From assembly GCF_000146505.1 (NCBI RefSeq), contig NC_017448.1, positions 2,160,001-2,192,000 on the forward strand: 32,000 nt of DNA, given 5' to 3'. The stretch comes from Fibrobacter succinogenes subsp. succinogenes S85 (GTDB taxonomy: Bacteria > Fibrobacterota > Fibrobacteria > Fibrobacterales > Fibrobacteraceae). Within the stretch, counting starts at the first letter, position 1. The number at the start of each line of letters is the position of its first letter. A model generated the notes under the pieces. The model was not told the origin of the DNA. It worked only from the letters and a program-made list of their open reading frames with translations, and made no database searches. Made by a program: the position numbers and the translations under genes. Shown here in pieces: positions 1 through 8,921 of this stretch.

Positions 1-1065
1 ACCCACAAGGCAAAGGATCGGAGCACGGCGTTCCGTACCGGTAAGCTTCAGCACGGCCACGTATTCCATAATGCGTTCCTTGACCTTGTCGAGGCCAAAG
101 TGTTTGGAATCGAGTTCCGCCTTCACCTTCTTCATGTTAAGAACAGTATCGGTATAAACGCCATACGGAAGTGCCAAGAACCAATCCACGTAATTACGGC
201 TCACCGCATATTCCGGGGAGGTCGGCTGCATCATGCGCATGCGACCGATTTCTTCTTCAAGCTTTTCTTCAATCGCCTTGCTAAACTTCTTGGCCTTGAT
301 TTTCTTGAGCAACTGGTCCGGTTCCGAAGCACCGCCATTTTCGCCGTCCAGTTCATCCTGCAACTGGCGAATCTGCTCCGAAATAAACCATTCCTTCTGC
401 TGCTGGGCCATCTTCTGGCGCACGTTCTGCTGAACGCGAATCATCACGTTCTCGTTTTCCTGAGCAACCTGCATCAGGCTTATCAAACGTTCCGCAAGGG
501 CGTCAATCGTTTCGAGTTCCAAAAGCGCCTGCTTCTCGGAAAGCGAAATTGAGAGGAACGGGATCATCCCGTAAAACGCGTTGATGTGGCTATCCATCGT
601 AAAGAGCGCTTCGACCATGCCATCGGCAATATTCCTGTGCATGGCGTACTCGCGGAACATGTTCAGCACATCTTCAAACTTTTCGCTCTTGTCTTCGGCC
701 TTGATAAAATGTTCTCTCGGCGAGACCGTCACCTGCAAAAATCCGTCGCGCAAAGCAATTGAGCGGAGATCCACAATGGAATCGCCTTCCAGCACGACCT
801 TCACACAGCCATTCGGGAATGGCGTCACATTCGCCACGCGGGCAACCACGCCCACCGAGTAAAGGTCGAGCATCGGGTTGTCAAGCGTTTCCTGCTCCAC
901 ATTCTTCTGTGCAACCAGGATAATTTCGTTGTTATGATTCTCAGCAAATTCCAGGGCGCGGAGAGACATCTCGCGGCCCACCAAAATGCGTCTAGTCGTC
1001 AGCGGAAATACAACAGCATCCCTCAGAGGGAGCAACGGGTACGTTTTATTAAAGTCAAAAGCCAT
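1..1065 (-). CDS. lon: Lon protease, N-terminal 355 codons (gene continues past the left edge)
   Basis: Absent from the ORF track because it has no stop in the window. Hand translation of the reverse strand from ATG (1065-1063) gives MAFDFNKTYPLLPLRDAVVFPLTTRRILVGREMSL...KERIMEYVAVLKLTGTERRAPILCLVG, open to position 1. It shows the Lon N-terminal domain pattern and stops just before the expected GPPGVGKT Walker A. It follows clpX as in the classical tig-clpP-clpX-lon order. Confidence 0.9.
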   Translation of the reverse strand, partial: MAFDFNKTYPLLPLRDAVVFPLTTRRILVGREMSLRALEFAENHNNEIILVAQKNVEQETLDNPMLDLYSVGVVARVANVTPFPNGCVKVVLEGDSIVDLRSIALRDGFLQVTVSPREHFIKAEDKSEKFEDVLNMFREYAMHRNIADGMVEALFTMDSHINAFYGMIPFLSISLSEKQALLELETIDALAERLISLMQVAQENENVMIRVQQNVRQKMAQQQKEWFISEQIRQLQDELDGENGGASEPDQLLKKIKAKKFSKAIEEKLEEEIGRMRMMQPTSPEYAVSRNYVDWFLALPYGVYTDTVLNMKKVKAELDSKHFGLDKVKERIMEYVAVLKLTGTERRAPILCLVG

Positions 1066-1101
1066 ATACTACAAAGATAGTATTTTGAAAGGTGAGGGAA
1101 C

Positions 1102-1132
1102 AAAAAAGCAGTCACCGTTTTTCGGCAACTGC
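1102..1132 (-). terminator. Rho-independent terminator candidate downstream of clpX
   Basis: The minus strand reads GCAGTTGCCG-aaaaa-CGGTGACTGC (10 bp stem including two G-U pairs) followed by TTTTTT. It lies between the clpX stop (1189) and the lon start (1065). Confidence 0.55.
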
Positions 1133-1188
1133 TAAGATTTACATTCGTGAAGTCGTAAAGTCTAGGAATCCGCAGCCCTCTACAACAA

Positions 1189-2442
1189 CTAAGACTTTTT
1201 CTTGTTGTGCGTGAGGCCTTCCTTCACCATTTCGACAGTCACGGTGAACTTCTTTTCGCCAGAGCCTGGCATCTTGAACATCGCCTGCTGCAGCACGCGT
1301 TCCATCACGGAGCGGAGCCCACGTGCACCCGTCTTACGGGTCATCGTTTCGCGGACAATTTCCTTGAGGGCATCGTCTTCAAATTCAAGCTTGATGTTGT
1401 CCATTGCAAACAAGCTCTTGTACTGCTTCACAAGCGCATTCTTCGGCTTTGTCAAGATGTTGAGGAGAGCCGTCTCGTCGAGTTCTTCGAGAGCAACGGC
1501 AATCGGCAAACGTCCGACAATTTCCGGGATGAGGCCGAACTTGATCAAGTCTTCCGGCTCAAGCTGCTTGAAGAGTTCGCTCAAGCTGTTTTCGCTTGCA
1601 GTGTGGATATCGGCACCAAAGCCCATACCACCCTGGTTCACACGCTGGGAAATAATCTTGTCCAAGGTTTCAAAGGCGCCACCGCAAATGAACAGGATGT
1701 TTCTCGTATTCACCTGCACAAGCGGCTGTTCCGGATGCTTACGGCCACCCTTCGGCGGAACCGATGCAACCGTACCTTCCAAGAGCTTGAGGAGGCCCTG
1801 CTGCACACCTTCACCGCTCACGTCACGTGTAATGGAGGGGTTAGCGGTCTTCCTTGCAATCTTATCGATTTCATCGATAAAGATAATGCCGCGTTCAGCC
1901 TTCGCCACATCGTAATCGGCAGCCTGCAACAAGCGCACGATAATGCTATCGACGTCTTCGCCCACGTAACCTGCTTCGGTCAAGACCGTCGCATCGGCGA
2001 TCGTGAACGGCACGTCCAAAAAGCGGGCCATCGTCTGCGCCAAGAGCGTCTTACCCGAACCAGTCGGGCCGACCAAGAGCAAGTTCGACTTTTCGACATC
2101 GACATCGTCCTTGGACTTGTGCGTCTGCTTGTAGCGCAAGCGTTTGTAATGGTTGTAAACCGCCACAGAGAGCGCCATCTTTGCACGGTCCTGCCCAATG
2201 ACAAAATCGTCCAAGTGCGCCTTGATTTCGGTCGGGAGCGGGAGCGGCTTTGAAGAAATTTCCTTCGCTTCCTGTTCCTGTTTCGTACGTGCCAAGTCTT
2301 CTTCAAGAATGCGGCTGCACATGCGTATGCAATCACTGCAAATATACGCACCGGCACCGGTGATCATCTTTTCGACTTGTTCTGCCGGCTTTCCGCAAAA
2401 ACTGCAGCTTACAGCCGGGTGGTTCTTGCCACTACGGTACAT
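1189..2442 (-). CDS. clpX: ATP-dependent Clp protease ATP-binding subunit ClpX
   Basis: 417 aa. It has an N-terminal C4 zinc finger (CSFCGK...CSDC), Walker A GPTGSGKT and an IFIDEIDK Walker B. Its ATG overlaps the clpP stop as TAATG. Confidence 0.97.
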   Translation of the reverse strand: MYRSGKNHPAVSCSFCGKPAEQVEKMITGAGAYICSDCIRMCSRILEEDLARTKQEQEAKEISSKPLPLPTEIKAHLDDFVIGQDRAKMALSVAVYNHYKRLRYKQTHKSKDDVDVEKSNLLLVGPTGSGKTLLAQTMARFLDVPFTIADATVLTEAGYVGEDVDSIIVRLLQAADYDVAKAERGIIFIDEIDKIARKTANPSITRDVSGEGVQQGLLKLLEGTVASVPPKGGRKHPEQPLVQVNTRNILFICGGAFETLDKIISQRVNQGGMGFGADIHTASENSLSELFKQLEPEDLIKFGLIPEIVGRLPIAVALEELDETALLNILTKPKNALVKQYKSLFAMDNIKLEFEDDALKEIVRETMTRKTGARGLRSVMERVLQQAMFKMPGSGEKKFTVTVEMVKEGLTHNKKKS

Positions 2443-3032
2443 TAAATTCCCTCTTTACGCGGCACAAAAATTTCATCGATGACGCCAAAGGCCTTAGCTT
2501 CTTCCGGGCTCATGTAAAAGTCGCGGTCCGTCTTTTCGCGGACTTCGTCGACAGGCTTTCCGGTATGCTTAGCGACAATTTCGGTAAGGGTATCCTTCGT
2601 GCGGATAATTTCCTTGGCGGTAATCTGAATATCTGTAGATTGTCCAGTAGCGGCACCCGACGGCTGGTGCAACATGATGCGGGAATGCGGGAGCGCATAG
2701 CGCTTGCCCTTCGTACCTGCAGCAAGGAGCACGGCAGCCATCGAAGCACAACTACCAATGCAGATCGTAGCGATATTCGGGCGTACGTGCTGCATGGTAT
2801 CATAAATGGCAAGCCCTGCCGACACGTAACCGCCCGGGCTGTTTATATACAGCGTGATATCCTTTTCCGGATTCTCGTATTCAAGGAAAATCAGCTGAGC
2901 CATGACGTTGTTTGCCACTTCGTCGTTAATCGGCGTACCCAAGAAGATAATACGTTCCTTGAGAAGTCTGGAATAGATATCGTAAGCGCGTTCGCCGCGC
3001 CCGGTTGTTTCAATGACGGTAGGGATGATCAT
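2442..3032 (-). CDS. clpP: ATP-dependent Clp protease proteolytic subunit ClpP
   Basis: 196 aa with typical ClpP sequence ([19 protein letters not shown]..., GSCASMAA active-site Ser context, MLHQPSGG). It starts 12 bp after tig. Confidence 0.97.
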   Translation of the reverse strand: MIIPTVIETTGRGERAYDIYSRLLKERIIFLGTPINDEVANNVMAQLIFLEYENPEKDITLYINSPGGYVSAGLAIYDTMQHVRPNIATICIGSCASMAAVLLAAGTKGKRYALPHSRIMLHQPSGAATGQSTDIQITAKEIIRTKDTLTEIVAKHTGKPVDEVREKTDRDFYMSPEEAKAFGVIDEIFVPRKEGI

Positions 3033-3044
3033 TTATTCCTCTTA

Positions 3045-4304
3045 TTACTTTGTTTCTTCAGCTGCCGGGCGGATACCGACGATGAAGTCAGCAGCCATCT
3101 GGAAGCGAAGTTCGTCGCGCAGCTGGTTGATACGGCCAGACTGGCGGAAGTGGTTCTTCAGATTTTCGAATTCCACGTGGTAAGCGTTAGCCATCTGCTG
3201 GAGGCGTTCGTCAACGAGAGCCTGAGTCGGCTTGATCTTTTCCTGCGTAGCAACGAATTCGAGAATGCGGTGTTTCTTAATTTCGCGGATTGCTTCACCG
3301 GAGAGTTCATTTATCTGTTCTTCTGTCGGTTCCACAACGTCCTTTTCGCTCTGAGCATTGCGGTTGAGCGTCCACTTGATGAGGTCGTAGATGCGAGCCT
3401 TCGGCACTTCGAACGGGTTAGCTTCGATGAGCTTGTCGATAGCTTCGTTGATAGCCTTGTTCTTGGCAGCGTCCTTCTTCTGGGCGGCGAGGCTTTCAGC
3501 GAGGTTGTTTCTCAAGTCAGCTTCGTCCTTGACGCCAATCTGCTTGCAGAATTCTTCGTCCAAAGTCGGCGGAACGATTTCGCGGACGTCCTTGATTTCA
3601 ACGTTGAACTGGGCAGTCTTGCCGCGGTAACGTTCATCCTTGTGGTCATCCGGATACTTGAAGTTGATTTCCTTCTTGTCGCCGGCCTTAGAGCCCATGA
3701 GGCCTTCGTCGAATCCCGGAGAAGCGGATTCACCGAGGAGGGAGCGGAATTCCTTGTTTTCCGGAAGTTCCTGCTTTTCACCGTCGATAACAACTTCGAT
3801 ATAGTCGCCAACGACAACGTCGCCCTTCTTGGCTTCGCGGTCAACGTGTTCGTCCTTGCTCCACATCTGCATGAGGCGGTCGAATTCGGCCTGGACTTCT
3901 TCTTCGTGAACGGCGGTAGCCGGAACGGTGATGCCCGTGTCAGCGTAGCCCTTGATGTCGATTTCCGGATCAACTTCGACTTCGACCTTAAGTGTGATGT
4001 CGCTCTTTTCGTCGTCGTTGAAATCCTTCACGAGCATCTTGCCGACCGGAATGATGTTGGCCTTCTTGAGTTCTTCCTGAACGATAGAGTTCACGACTTC
4101 ATCGACAGCTTCGTGACGGATGGACGGTCCGAACTGCTTCAAGATCATGGACTTCGGCACTTGACCCTGGCGGAAGCCCTTCAAGGCGACCTGCTTCTTG
4201 TACTGAGAAAGCTTCTTTTCGAACGGAACCTTGAGATCACCCTGCGGGATTGTAATTTCAAGGGTGCGCACGGTTGCGCTTGTTTCTTTGATTTCAGCGG
4301 ACAT
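3045..4304 (-). CDS. tig: Trigger factor
   Basis: The ORF-track ORF is 3045..4373. I trimmed it to the internal ATG at 4304 (MSAEIKETSATVRTLEITIP...) because the 23-codon extension overlaps the tRNA-Leu gene. Domain order and position before clpP fit trigger factor. Confidence 0.9.
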   Translation of the reverse strand: MSAEIKETSATVRTLEITIPQGDLKVPFEKKLSQYKKQVALKGFRQGQVPKSMILKQFGPSIRHEAVDEVVNSIVQEELKKANIIPVGKMLVKDFNDDEKSDITLKVEVEVDPEIDIKGYADTGITVPATAVHEEEVQAEFDRLMQMWSKDEHVDREAKKGDVVVGDYIEVVIDGEKQELPENKEFRSLLGESASPGFDEGLMGSKAGDKKEINFKYPDDHKDERYRGKTAQFNVEIKDVREIVPPTLDEEFCKQIGVKDEADLRNNLAESLAAQKKDAAKNKAINEAIDKLIEANPFEVPKARIYDLIKWTLNRNAQSEKDVVEPTEEQINELSGEAIREIKKHRILEFVATQEKIKPTQALVDERLQQMANAYHVEFENLKNHFRQSGRINQLRDELRFQMAADFIVGIRPAAEETK

Positions 4305-4348
4305 ATATACTCCGGTATACGGTTGTTTAAAAGGTGATAAAAAAGAAC

Positions 4349-4428
4349 TGCGAGGGGTGGGAGTCGAACCCACACACCGAAGTACCAGATCCTAAGTCTG
4401 GCGCGTCTGCCAATTCCGCCACTCTCGC
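4349..4428 (-). tRNA. tRNA-Leu, anticodon TAG (reads CUA/CUG)
   Basis: Hand fold of the reverse strand: GCGAGAG-TG-GCG-GAATTGGCAGA-CGC-G-CCAGA-CTTAGGA-TCTGG-TACTTCGGTGT-GTGGG-TTCGACT-CCCAC-CCCTCGC-A. It has a long variable arm, a TTCGA T-loop, one A6-C67 acceptor mismatch and no encoded CCA. Confidence 0.85.
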
Positions 4429-4469
4429 GATTTCAAGACCAAAGATACAAAAAATTGCCTAAAAACGAA

Positions 4470-5156
4470 TCACCTTTTTTCGATGACCCCGTAAAAACGG
4501 GACGGGTAACGCTTCGGAATCAAGCCCAGCTTGTTCAGTACGCGGAACGGGAGTATCAAAAGGCCCAAAGGTCCCTTAAAACAGCCGCGCAAAAGCTTGA
4601 TACCAGCCCCCGGGAACAAGTAGTCGCCCATCGTGAGGCGATACTCCACACCAAGGGAATCAAGCATCTGCTTCATCTCGTCGTACGAAAAATGCCACAG
4701 GTGGTCGGATACCGCAATATGCGCATACGTGAGCCCGCATTCGAACAAAGTGTTAAAATCGTCCGTACACGGGAGCGAAAACACCACGCGCTTTTTGGCA
4801 GCCCCGATGGCAGACTTCAAGAAGTCCACTGGATTTGGCACATGTTCCAAGACCTCGATCATCATGACCGTATCGGCAAGGTTTTCGCCAAGCGGTTCGC
4901 CCGGTTCAAGCAATTTAGTCTTGAGTCCGTTCTTCTCGGCAACTGCAAGCGACTTCTCGTTGATATCGGCGACAGTCGTGTCAAAGCCCGCCTTCTTCAT
5001 CTCAAGCGAATAGGCGCCCGCTCCACCACCGAGATCGAGAACAGTCTCCCCGCGAACTTCGCGAAGCAAGAACTCGACCAGTGGCCTGTGGGCCTCACCC
5101 GGCTTTGCCGGCGGACCCGGAACGAAGAAAGAACTTTGACCTTGCAATTTTCCCAT
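4470..5156 (-). CDS. Class I SAM-dependent methyltransferase
   Basis: Motif I is VLDLGGGAGAYS, with later MMIEVLEHVPNP. The ORF track extends to 5252, but that would overlap the divergent flippase start at 5187. I prefer the internal ATG at 5156 (MGKLQGQ...). Confidence 0.75.
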   Translation of the reverse strand: MGKLQGQSSFFVPGPPAKPGEAHRPLVEFLLREVRGETVLDLGGGAGAYSLEMKKAGFDTTVADINEKSLAVAEKNGLKTKLLEPGEPLGENLADTVMMIEVLEHVPNPVDFLKSAIGAAKKRVVFSLPCTDDFNTLFECGLTYAHIAVSDHLWHFSYDEMKQMLDSLGVEYRLTMGDYLFPGAGIKLLRGCFKGPLGLLILPFRVLNKLGLIPKRYPSRFYGVIEKR

Positions 5157-5186
5157 AGCACAAATATATAAATTATCTTTACCTCC

Positions 5187-6422
5187 ATGTTTCAAGCTTT
5201 CCGCAATATAAGAATCGGTGTTTTCATCGCATTTGTAAACCTCCTTATCCAAGGAATTTCATTTTTTGTCCAGAATTTTATTGCGCGTAACCTTGGAACC
5301 GCCTCTTACGGGCATTTCGGGCTGCTCCAGACCGACTACTCCATCTTCTGCGCCATCGCCGATTTCGGCATGACGACCCTCATCCTCGCCTTTTTCGGGA
5401 GCCGTGCCACAAAAGGTTCTCTTTTCAGGAGCATCCTCCAGCTTAGACTTTTCTCCGCCGTGGTTGCAGCTCTCCTCATGGTCGCCTTCGCGTTCACGTT
5501 CCGCTACAACCACCCGATTTTTTACGGCGAACTGATTTTCACATTCGGGCTCGTGTTCCAACATGCGTTTTTCGACTGGTACTTCATCTGCGGAAAATTC
5601 TGGAAGCGGCTCTTCGTCTCGAAGCTACTGCACACGATTTCGTATTCCGCGGTCATGGGAGCGGCCCTACTCTACTTCAAGATTGAACGCATCGAGCTCA
5701 TTGCGCTTGCGATGGTGCTTGCCGCCCTCCCCGCATTCTTCTACGGTGTCACGCAGGCGTTCCACGCACACCTCTTAAAAATCACACGCCGCACGTTCCG
5801 CTTTATCGCGCTCATGGTCAAGGCGGGCATCCCGTACGCCATCTCGAGCTTTGCCGCCTTTGCCTACCTCCCCATCGGGCTTTACGTCGCAGATAAATTC
5901 GCAAGCGCCGAATTCCTCGGCTGCTATAACTTCGGGCATAAAATTCTCGTGCTCTGCTCGGGCATCATGGTTCACTTCATCTCGTCGAACCTCATCACGC
6001 TCCATTCCACGCATGATAAGGACCTCCACCTCAAGGACATCGCCATATTCACGCTGTTCATCGCCGTGTGCTCTTCGCCGCTGTGGTTATTTCCCTCATG
6101 GATTTTAAAAATTCTCTTCTTTGCAGCCCCGTGGACTGACGCTACATTACAGACAAGCGCAAATATTTTACAGATACTTTCGTTCTCGCTCATTTTCCAG
6201 GCAGCACGCACCACGCTCATCTCGACACTCCTCAAGGAACATGCGACACGCGCCTACGCCGTCATGGTAAGCGTCGGCGGAGCCTCGAACGTCATCGCCT
6301 GCATGCTCGCAGGCCTCTATCTCGAAAATGCAATGATCCCGCTATTTGCACTCACAGGCGATCTTGTGATCACCGCAATCCTGTTCGGGTATTTCGCCCA
6401 CCACGGCAGGGTCCGCTGGTAA
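5187..6422 (+). CDS. Polysaccharide biosynthesis protein, Wzx-like flippase (MOP superfamily)
   Basis: 411 aa and polytopic (about 10-12 hydrophobic helices). The N-terminal FIARNLGTASYGHFGLL resembles the Polysacc_synt family signature. It sits next to Wzy/Wzz/Wza-like genes. Confidence 0.6.
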   Translation: MFQAFRNIRIGVFIAFVNLLIQGISFFVQNFIARNLGTASYGHFGLLQTDYSIFCAIADFGMTTLILAFFGSRATKGSLFRSILQLRLFSAVVAALLMVAFAFTFRYNHPIFYGELIFTFGLVFQHAFFDWYFICGKFWKRLFVSKLLHTISYSAVMGAALLYFKIERIELIALAMVLAALPAFFYGVTQAFHAHLLKITRRTFRFIALMVKAGIPYAISSFAAFAYLPIGLYVADKFASAEFLGCYNFGHKILVLCSGIMVHFISSNLITLHSTHDKDLHLKDIAIFTLFIAVCSSPLWLFPSWILKILFFAAPWTDATLQTSANILQILSFSLIFQAARTTLISTLLKEHATRAYAVMVSVGGASNVIACMLAGLYLENAMIPLFALTGDLVITAILFGYFAHHGRVRW

Positions 6423-7700
6423 AATTGAGCGTTTGCCGCTGCTCACCGTGCAGACAAAGAAGAAGAACGACATCCACACCCAGTACATACTTTGCTTGTA
6501 ACCGGTCGTGAAGTTCCACAGGATAATCCACATCATGAACGTCGCCGTGAGCAAAAGCATAAACGGATTTTTTGCAACCGCCATCTTGTGATAGCTATAC
6601 GTGAACAGCACGCCAAAGAAAAACGGCAACAGGAAAATCCCCGGGAGTCCAAAGTCCTTGTACGCATCCCACAGGTACGGAATCGTATTTAAACCCGTGT
6701 ATTTCACTACGCTCTCGTTAAACGGCGTATCCCATCCAAAATTTGACTGCAACCCATCACCAATATGCAGCAGGTGCGTCACGCCAAAGAATGCGTCAAT
6801 GCCGTACGTCCAGTCGTGCTCAGGGATATCGCTATAGCGGTTGAAGGCGTAATCCAGGTTCCAATAGTTATTCGCCACGTACTTGTACGGGAGCAGAGCC
6901 ACTTCCTTTGCAATCTTACTGTCAGTCACATCGGAATTGCCATACTGCCCCTTGAGTGACGCCACCGCTACAAAGAAGATGCAGACAAACACCGTCACCA
7001 CCGCGAGCGAGCGCCATGAAAAACGCCCACGCAAGTAGTTGAACAAAATCATGAACATACCAAGGCAAAGCATGTTGATGCCACGGCTCGGGTACGTCGC
7101 AAACGAAAGAAGAATTGTGAACAGCACCATAAAGCGCGATGCATAGCGCACCCAGCGCACCGGGTTCATGGACTTGAACGACGCCACTGCAAAAAGCCCG
7201 ACCACCATCGCACCCGACGTAAAGAAGTCTGCGTACTTGAGCACGTCGTTATCCTTACCCGTGAGCCACTGCGACGGGTTGTCCGTCAACAGCACCAGGT
7301 TCCCCGCCACCGAGATGACGCCGAGCACGCCCACAAAGAAATACGCAAACGCCGAAAAGCTGAGGAAGAAATGGCAGACCCAGTTGTACTCGCCATGAAC
7401 CTCAAGCTTCTTCTGCAGTGGCGGGCCGCCAGCCGATTTCCACGCGAAATCCGTCACATAGCAACCGACCAAAAAGCAGAACATGCCGCCGCCCCACACG
7501 AGCCACGTCGAATAGTTAAAGTCCGACATCATCGGCAAGAACTGCAAATAGGAGACGCCAAGCATCACCATCTGCACCAAAAAGTACAGAGTCGACGGGC
7601 GGAAAAAATCTTCCTTGAAAATAGAGACAAGCACCAAGGCAACGAGAGCAAGCGTAAACATCACGCTTGATTCTGGATGAGCAAACAACGCCTCCATCAT
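6342..7700 (-). CDS. Oligosaccharide repeat-unit polymerase (Wzy-like) membrane protein
   Basis: 452 aa, highly hydrophobic and polytopic with one larger loop region. It is the last gene of a wza-wzz-like operon. The call rests on context and topology only. Confidence 0.5.
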   Translation of the reverse strand: MMEALFAHPESSVMFTLALVALVLVSIFKEDFFRPSTLYFLVQMVMLGVSYLQFLPMMSDFNYSTWLVWGGGMFCFLVGCYVTDFAWKSAGGPPLQKKLEVHGEYNWVCHFFLSFSAFAYFFVGVLGVISVAGNLVLLTDNPSQWLTGKDNDVLKYADFFTSGAMVVGLFAVASFKSMNPVRWVRYASRFMVLFTILLSFATYPSRGINMLCLGMFMILFNYLRGRFSWRSLAVVTVFVCIFFVAVASLKGQYGNSDVTDSKIAKEVALLPYKYVANNYWNLDYAFNRYSDIPEHDWTYGIDAFFGVTHLLHIGDGLQSNFGWDTPFNESVVKYTGLNTIPYLWDAYKDFGLPGIFLLPFFFGVLFTYSYHKMAVAKNPFMLLLTATFMMWIILWNFTTGYKQSMYWVWMSFFFFVCTVSSGKRSILPADPAVVGEIPEQDCGDHKIACECK

Positions 7701-7718
7701 GCCTTGACGCCCCAGAAA

Positions 7719-8918
7719 TTACTTATGCCAGAAGCAGACTTTCTTGACGAAGAAATCCCACTCGGCAGCGGTCTTAGAGTTCGTGCGGCTTTCGGAGCGC
7801 ATGTACTCGACAAGGTTACTGAGGAGTGTAGCCAAGAAGAACGAGAAGAACACCGTAAACGCAAGGATAAGCCCACGCTTCGGAGAAATCTTCTTGTCGT
7901 TTTGCCAAGGCGGTTCAAGCACATGCAGGTTCGTAAGCGTCTTCGCTTCTTCCAGTCGCATCTGTTCGCTCTGCTGGCGCAGCACCTTGTACATTGCTTC
8001 CTGGATGCGAATTTCAGCCTCACGCCTCAGGTATTCCGCATAAAGCTCCGGAGACTTCTTGAGCTCGATCATACCGATGTTGCTGTGCTTGCCCTTGAGC
8101 GCTCCGCCAAGTGCAGAATTCACGCCCTTGATACGCTTCGAGAGTTCCTGGTAACGCTTGCTGTTTTCGCCACGGTCCAGCTTTTCGAAGTTCAATTCCA
8201 TGTTCACTTCTTCGCGCATCGCCTGCAATTCGCTCAAGTACTTGATGGTCGCCTCAAGCTGCACGTTCGGTTCGTACACATTGTTCTTCACCTGGAAATC
8301 GACAAACTCGCCAAGCAAGGAATCCAGCGTATGGTAGCAAGAATCAAGCCTCGTCTGGAAATATTCCCTAGACTGGCGGGCCTGCTTCGTCTTGAATGCG
8401 TTGAACGAGGAATCCGCCTTGTCAAGCATGAAGTTCAGGACATCGACAGCGAGCTTCGCATCCGTATCCTTGAAGTAGATGGAAAGCATTTCTTCCTTGT
8501 TCAGCTCAAGACCGAAATTCTTGCGGAACTCCTTGAGCAAGTCCGCATGGAACTTGCCCTTGAACTTGTAGTGCTTTGCAAGGTCAAACTTGTCGATGAC
8601 CATGTTGTGCAGTTCCCAGGAATTGAGAATCGTCCACACGGCATTCACGTCCTCGTTGTCCATGGAAATTCCAAGGAGCGAACTCATGCCCGAAGAACCC
8701 ATGAGCCCGCTGAGCATCCCCGACATAGGCTGCGTCGAGGCCGGCGGAGTGACAATCGCCGATGCGGCATACTTCGGCTTCACGACCCACATGACCATCA
8801 CAAAGGCAATAATCGTCGGGATAATGACCATCGCGGCAACAAACTTGAAATGCTTCAAGTCGTTATTCAGAATCCGCAGACAGATTTCAACAAAACCAAT
8901 AGACTCTTGCTTTTCCAT
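7719..8918 (-). CDS. Polysaccharide co-polymerase / chain-length determinant (Wzz-like, no kinase domain)
   Basis: 399 aa. An N-terminal TM helix is followed by KPKYAASAIVTPP (Wzz-type motif), then a long coiled-coil-like periplasmic region and a C-terminal TM helix (ILAFTVFFSFFLATLL). Confidence 0.7.
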   Translation of the reverse strand: MEKQESIGFVEICLRILNNDLKHFKFVAAMVIIPTIIAFVMVMWVVKPKYAASAIVTPPASTQPMSGMLSGLMGSSGMSSLLGISMDNEDVNAVWTILNSWELHNMVIDKFDLAKHYKFKGKFHADLLKEFRKNFGLELNKEEMLSIYFKDTDAKLAVDVLNFMLDKADSSFNAFKTKQARQSREYFQTRLDSCYHTLDSLLGEFVDFQVKNNVYEPNVQLEATIKYLSELQAMREEVNMELNFEKLDRGENSKRYQELSKRIKGVNSALGGALKGKHSNIGMIELKKSPELYAEYLRREAEIRIQEAMYKVLRQQSEQMRLEEAKTLTNLHVLEPPWQNDKKISPKRGLILAFTVFFSFFLATLLSNLVEYMRSESRTNSKTAAEWDFFVKKVCFWHK

Positions 8919-8921
8919 AAG

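Noticed and set aside
100-862. Plus-strand ORFs 100..552, 233..433 and 581..862.
   Set aside because: The reverse strand across 1..1065 translates without stops into a clear Lon N-terminal domain, so these are antisense shadows.
2565-4337. A 590-aa plus-strand ORF. Similar very long ORFs occur at 1207..2253, 7677..9224, 16421..17824, 20134..21270, 22740..24662, 25750..26562 and 27660..28448.
   Set aside because: All lie antisense to genes with unmistakable homology (tig/clpP, clpX, wzz/wza-like, ribosomal proteins, tuf, GH45). Their translations are low-complexity (rich in R, L, V, F, H). They are explained by the codon bias of the real genes suppressing stop codons on the opposite strand.
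4305-4373. A 23-codon N-terminal extension of the tig ORF (MGSTPTPRSSFLSPFKQPYTGVY).
   Set aside because: It overlaps the tRNA-Leu gene (4349..4428). The canonical trigger-factor N-terminus begins at the internal ATG at 4304.
5157-5252. An upstream extension of the methyltransferase ORF (start at 5252).
   Set aside because: It would overlap the divergent flippase-like gene start (5187) by 66 bp. The extension (MDKEVYKCDENTDSYIAESLKHGGKDNLYICA) lies N-terminal to the recognisable methyltransferase fold. It is not excluded, only less likely.
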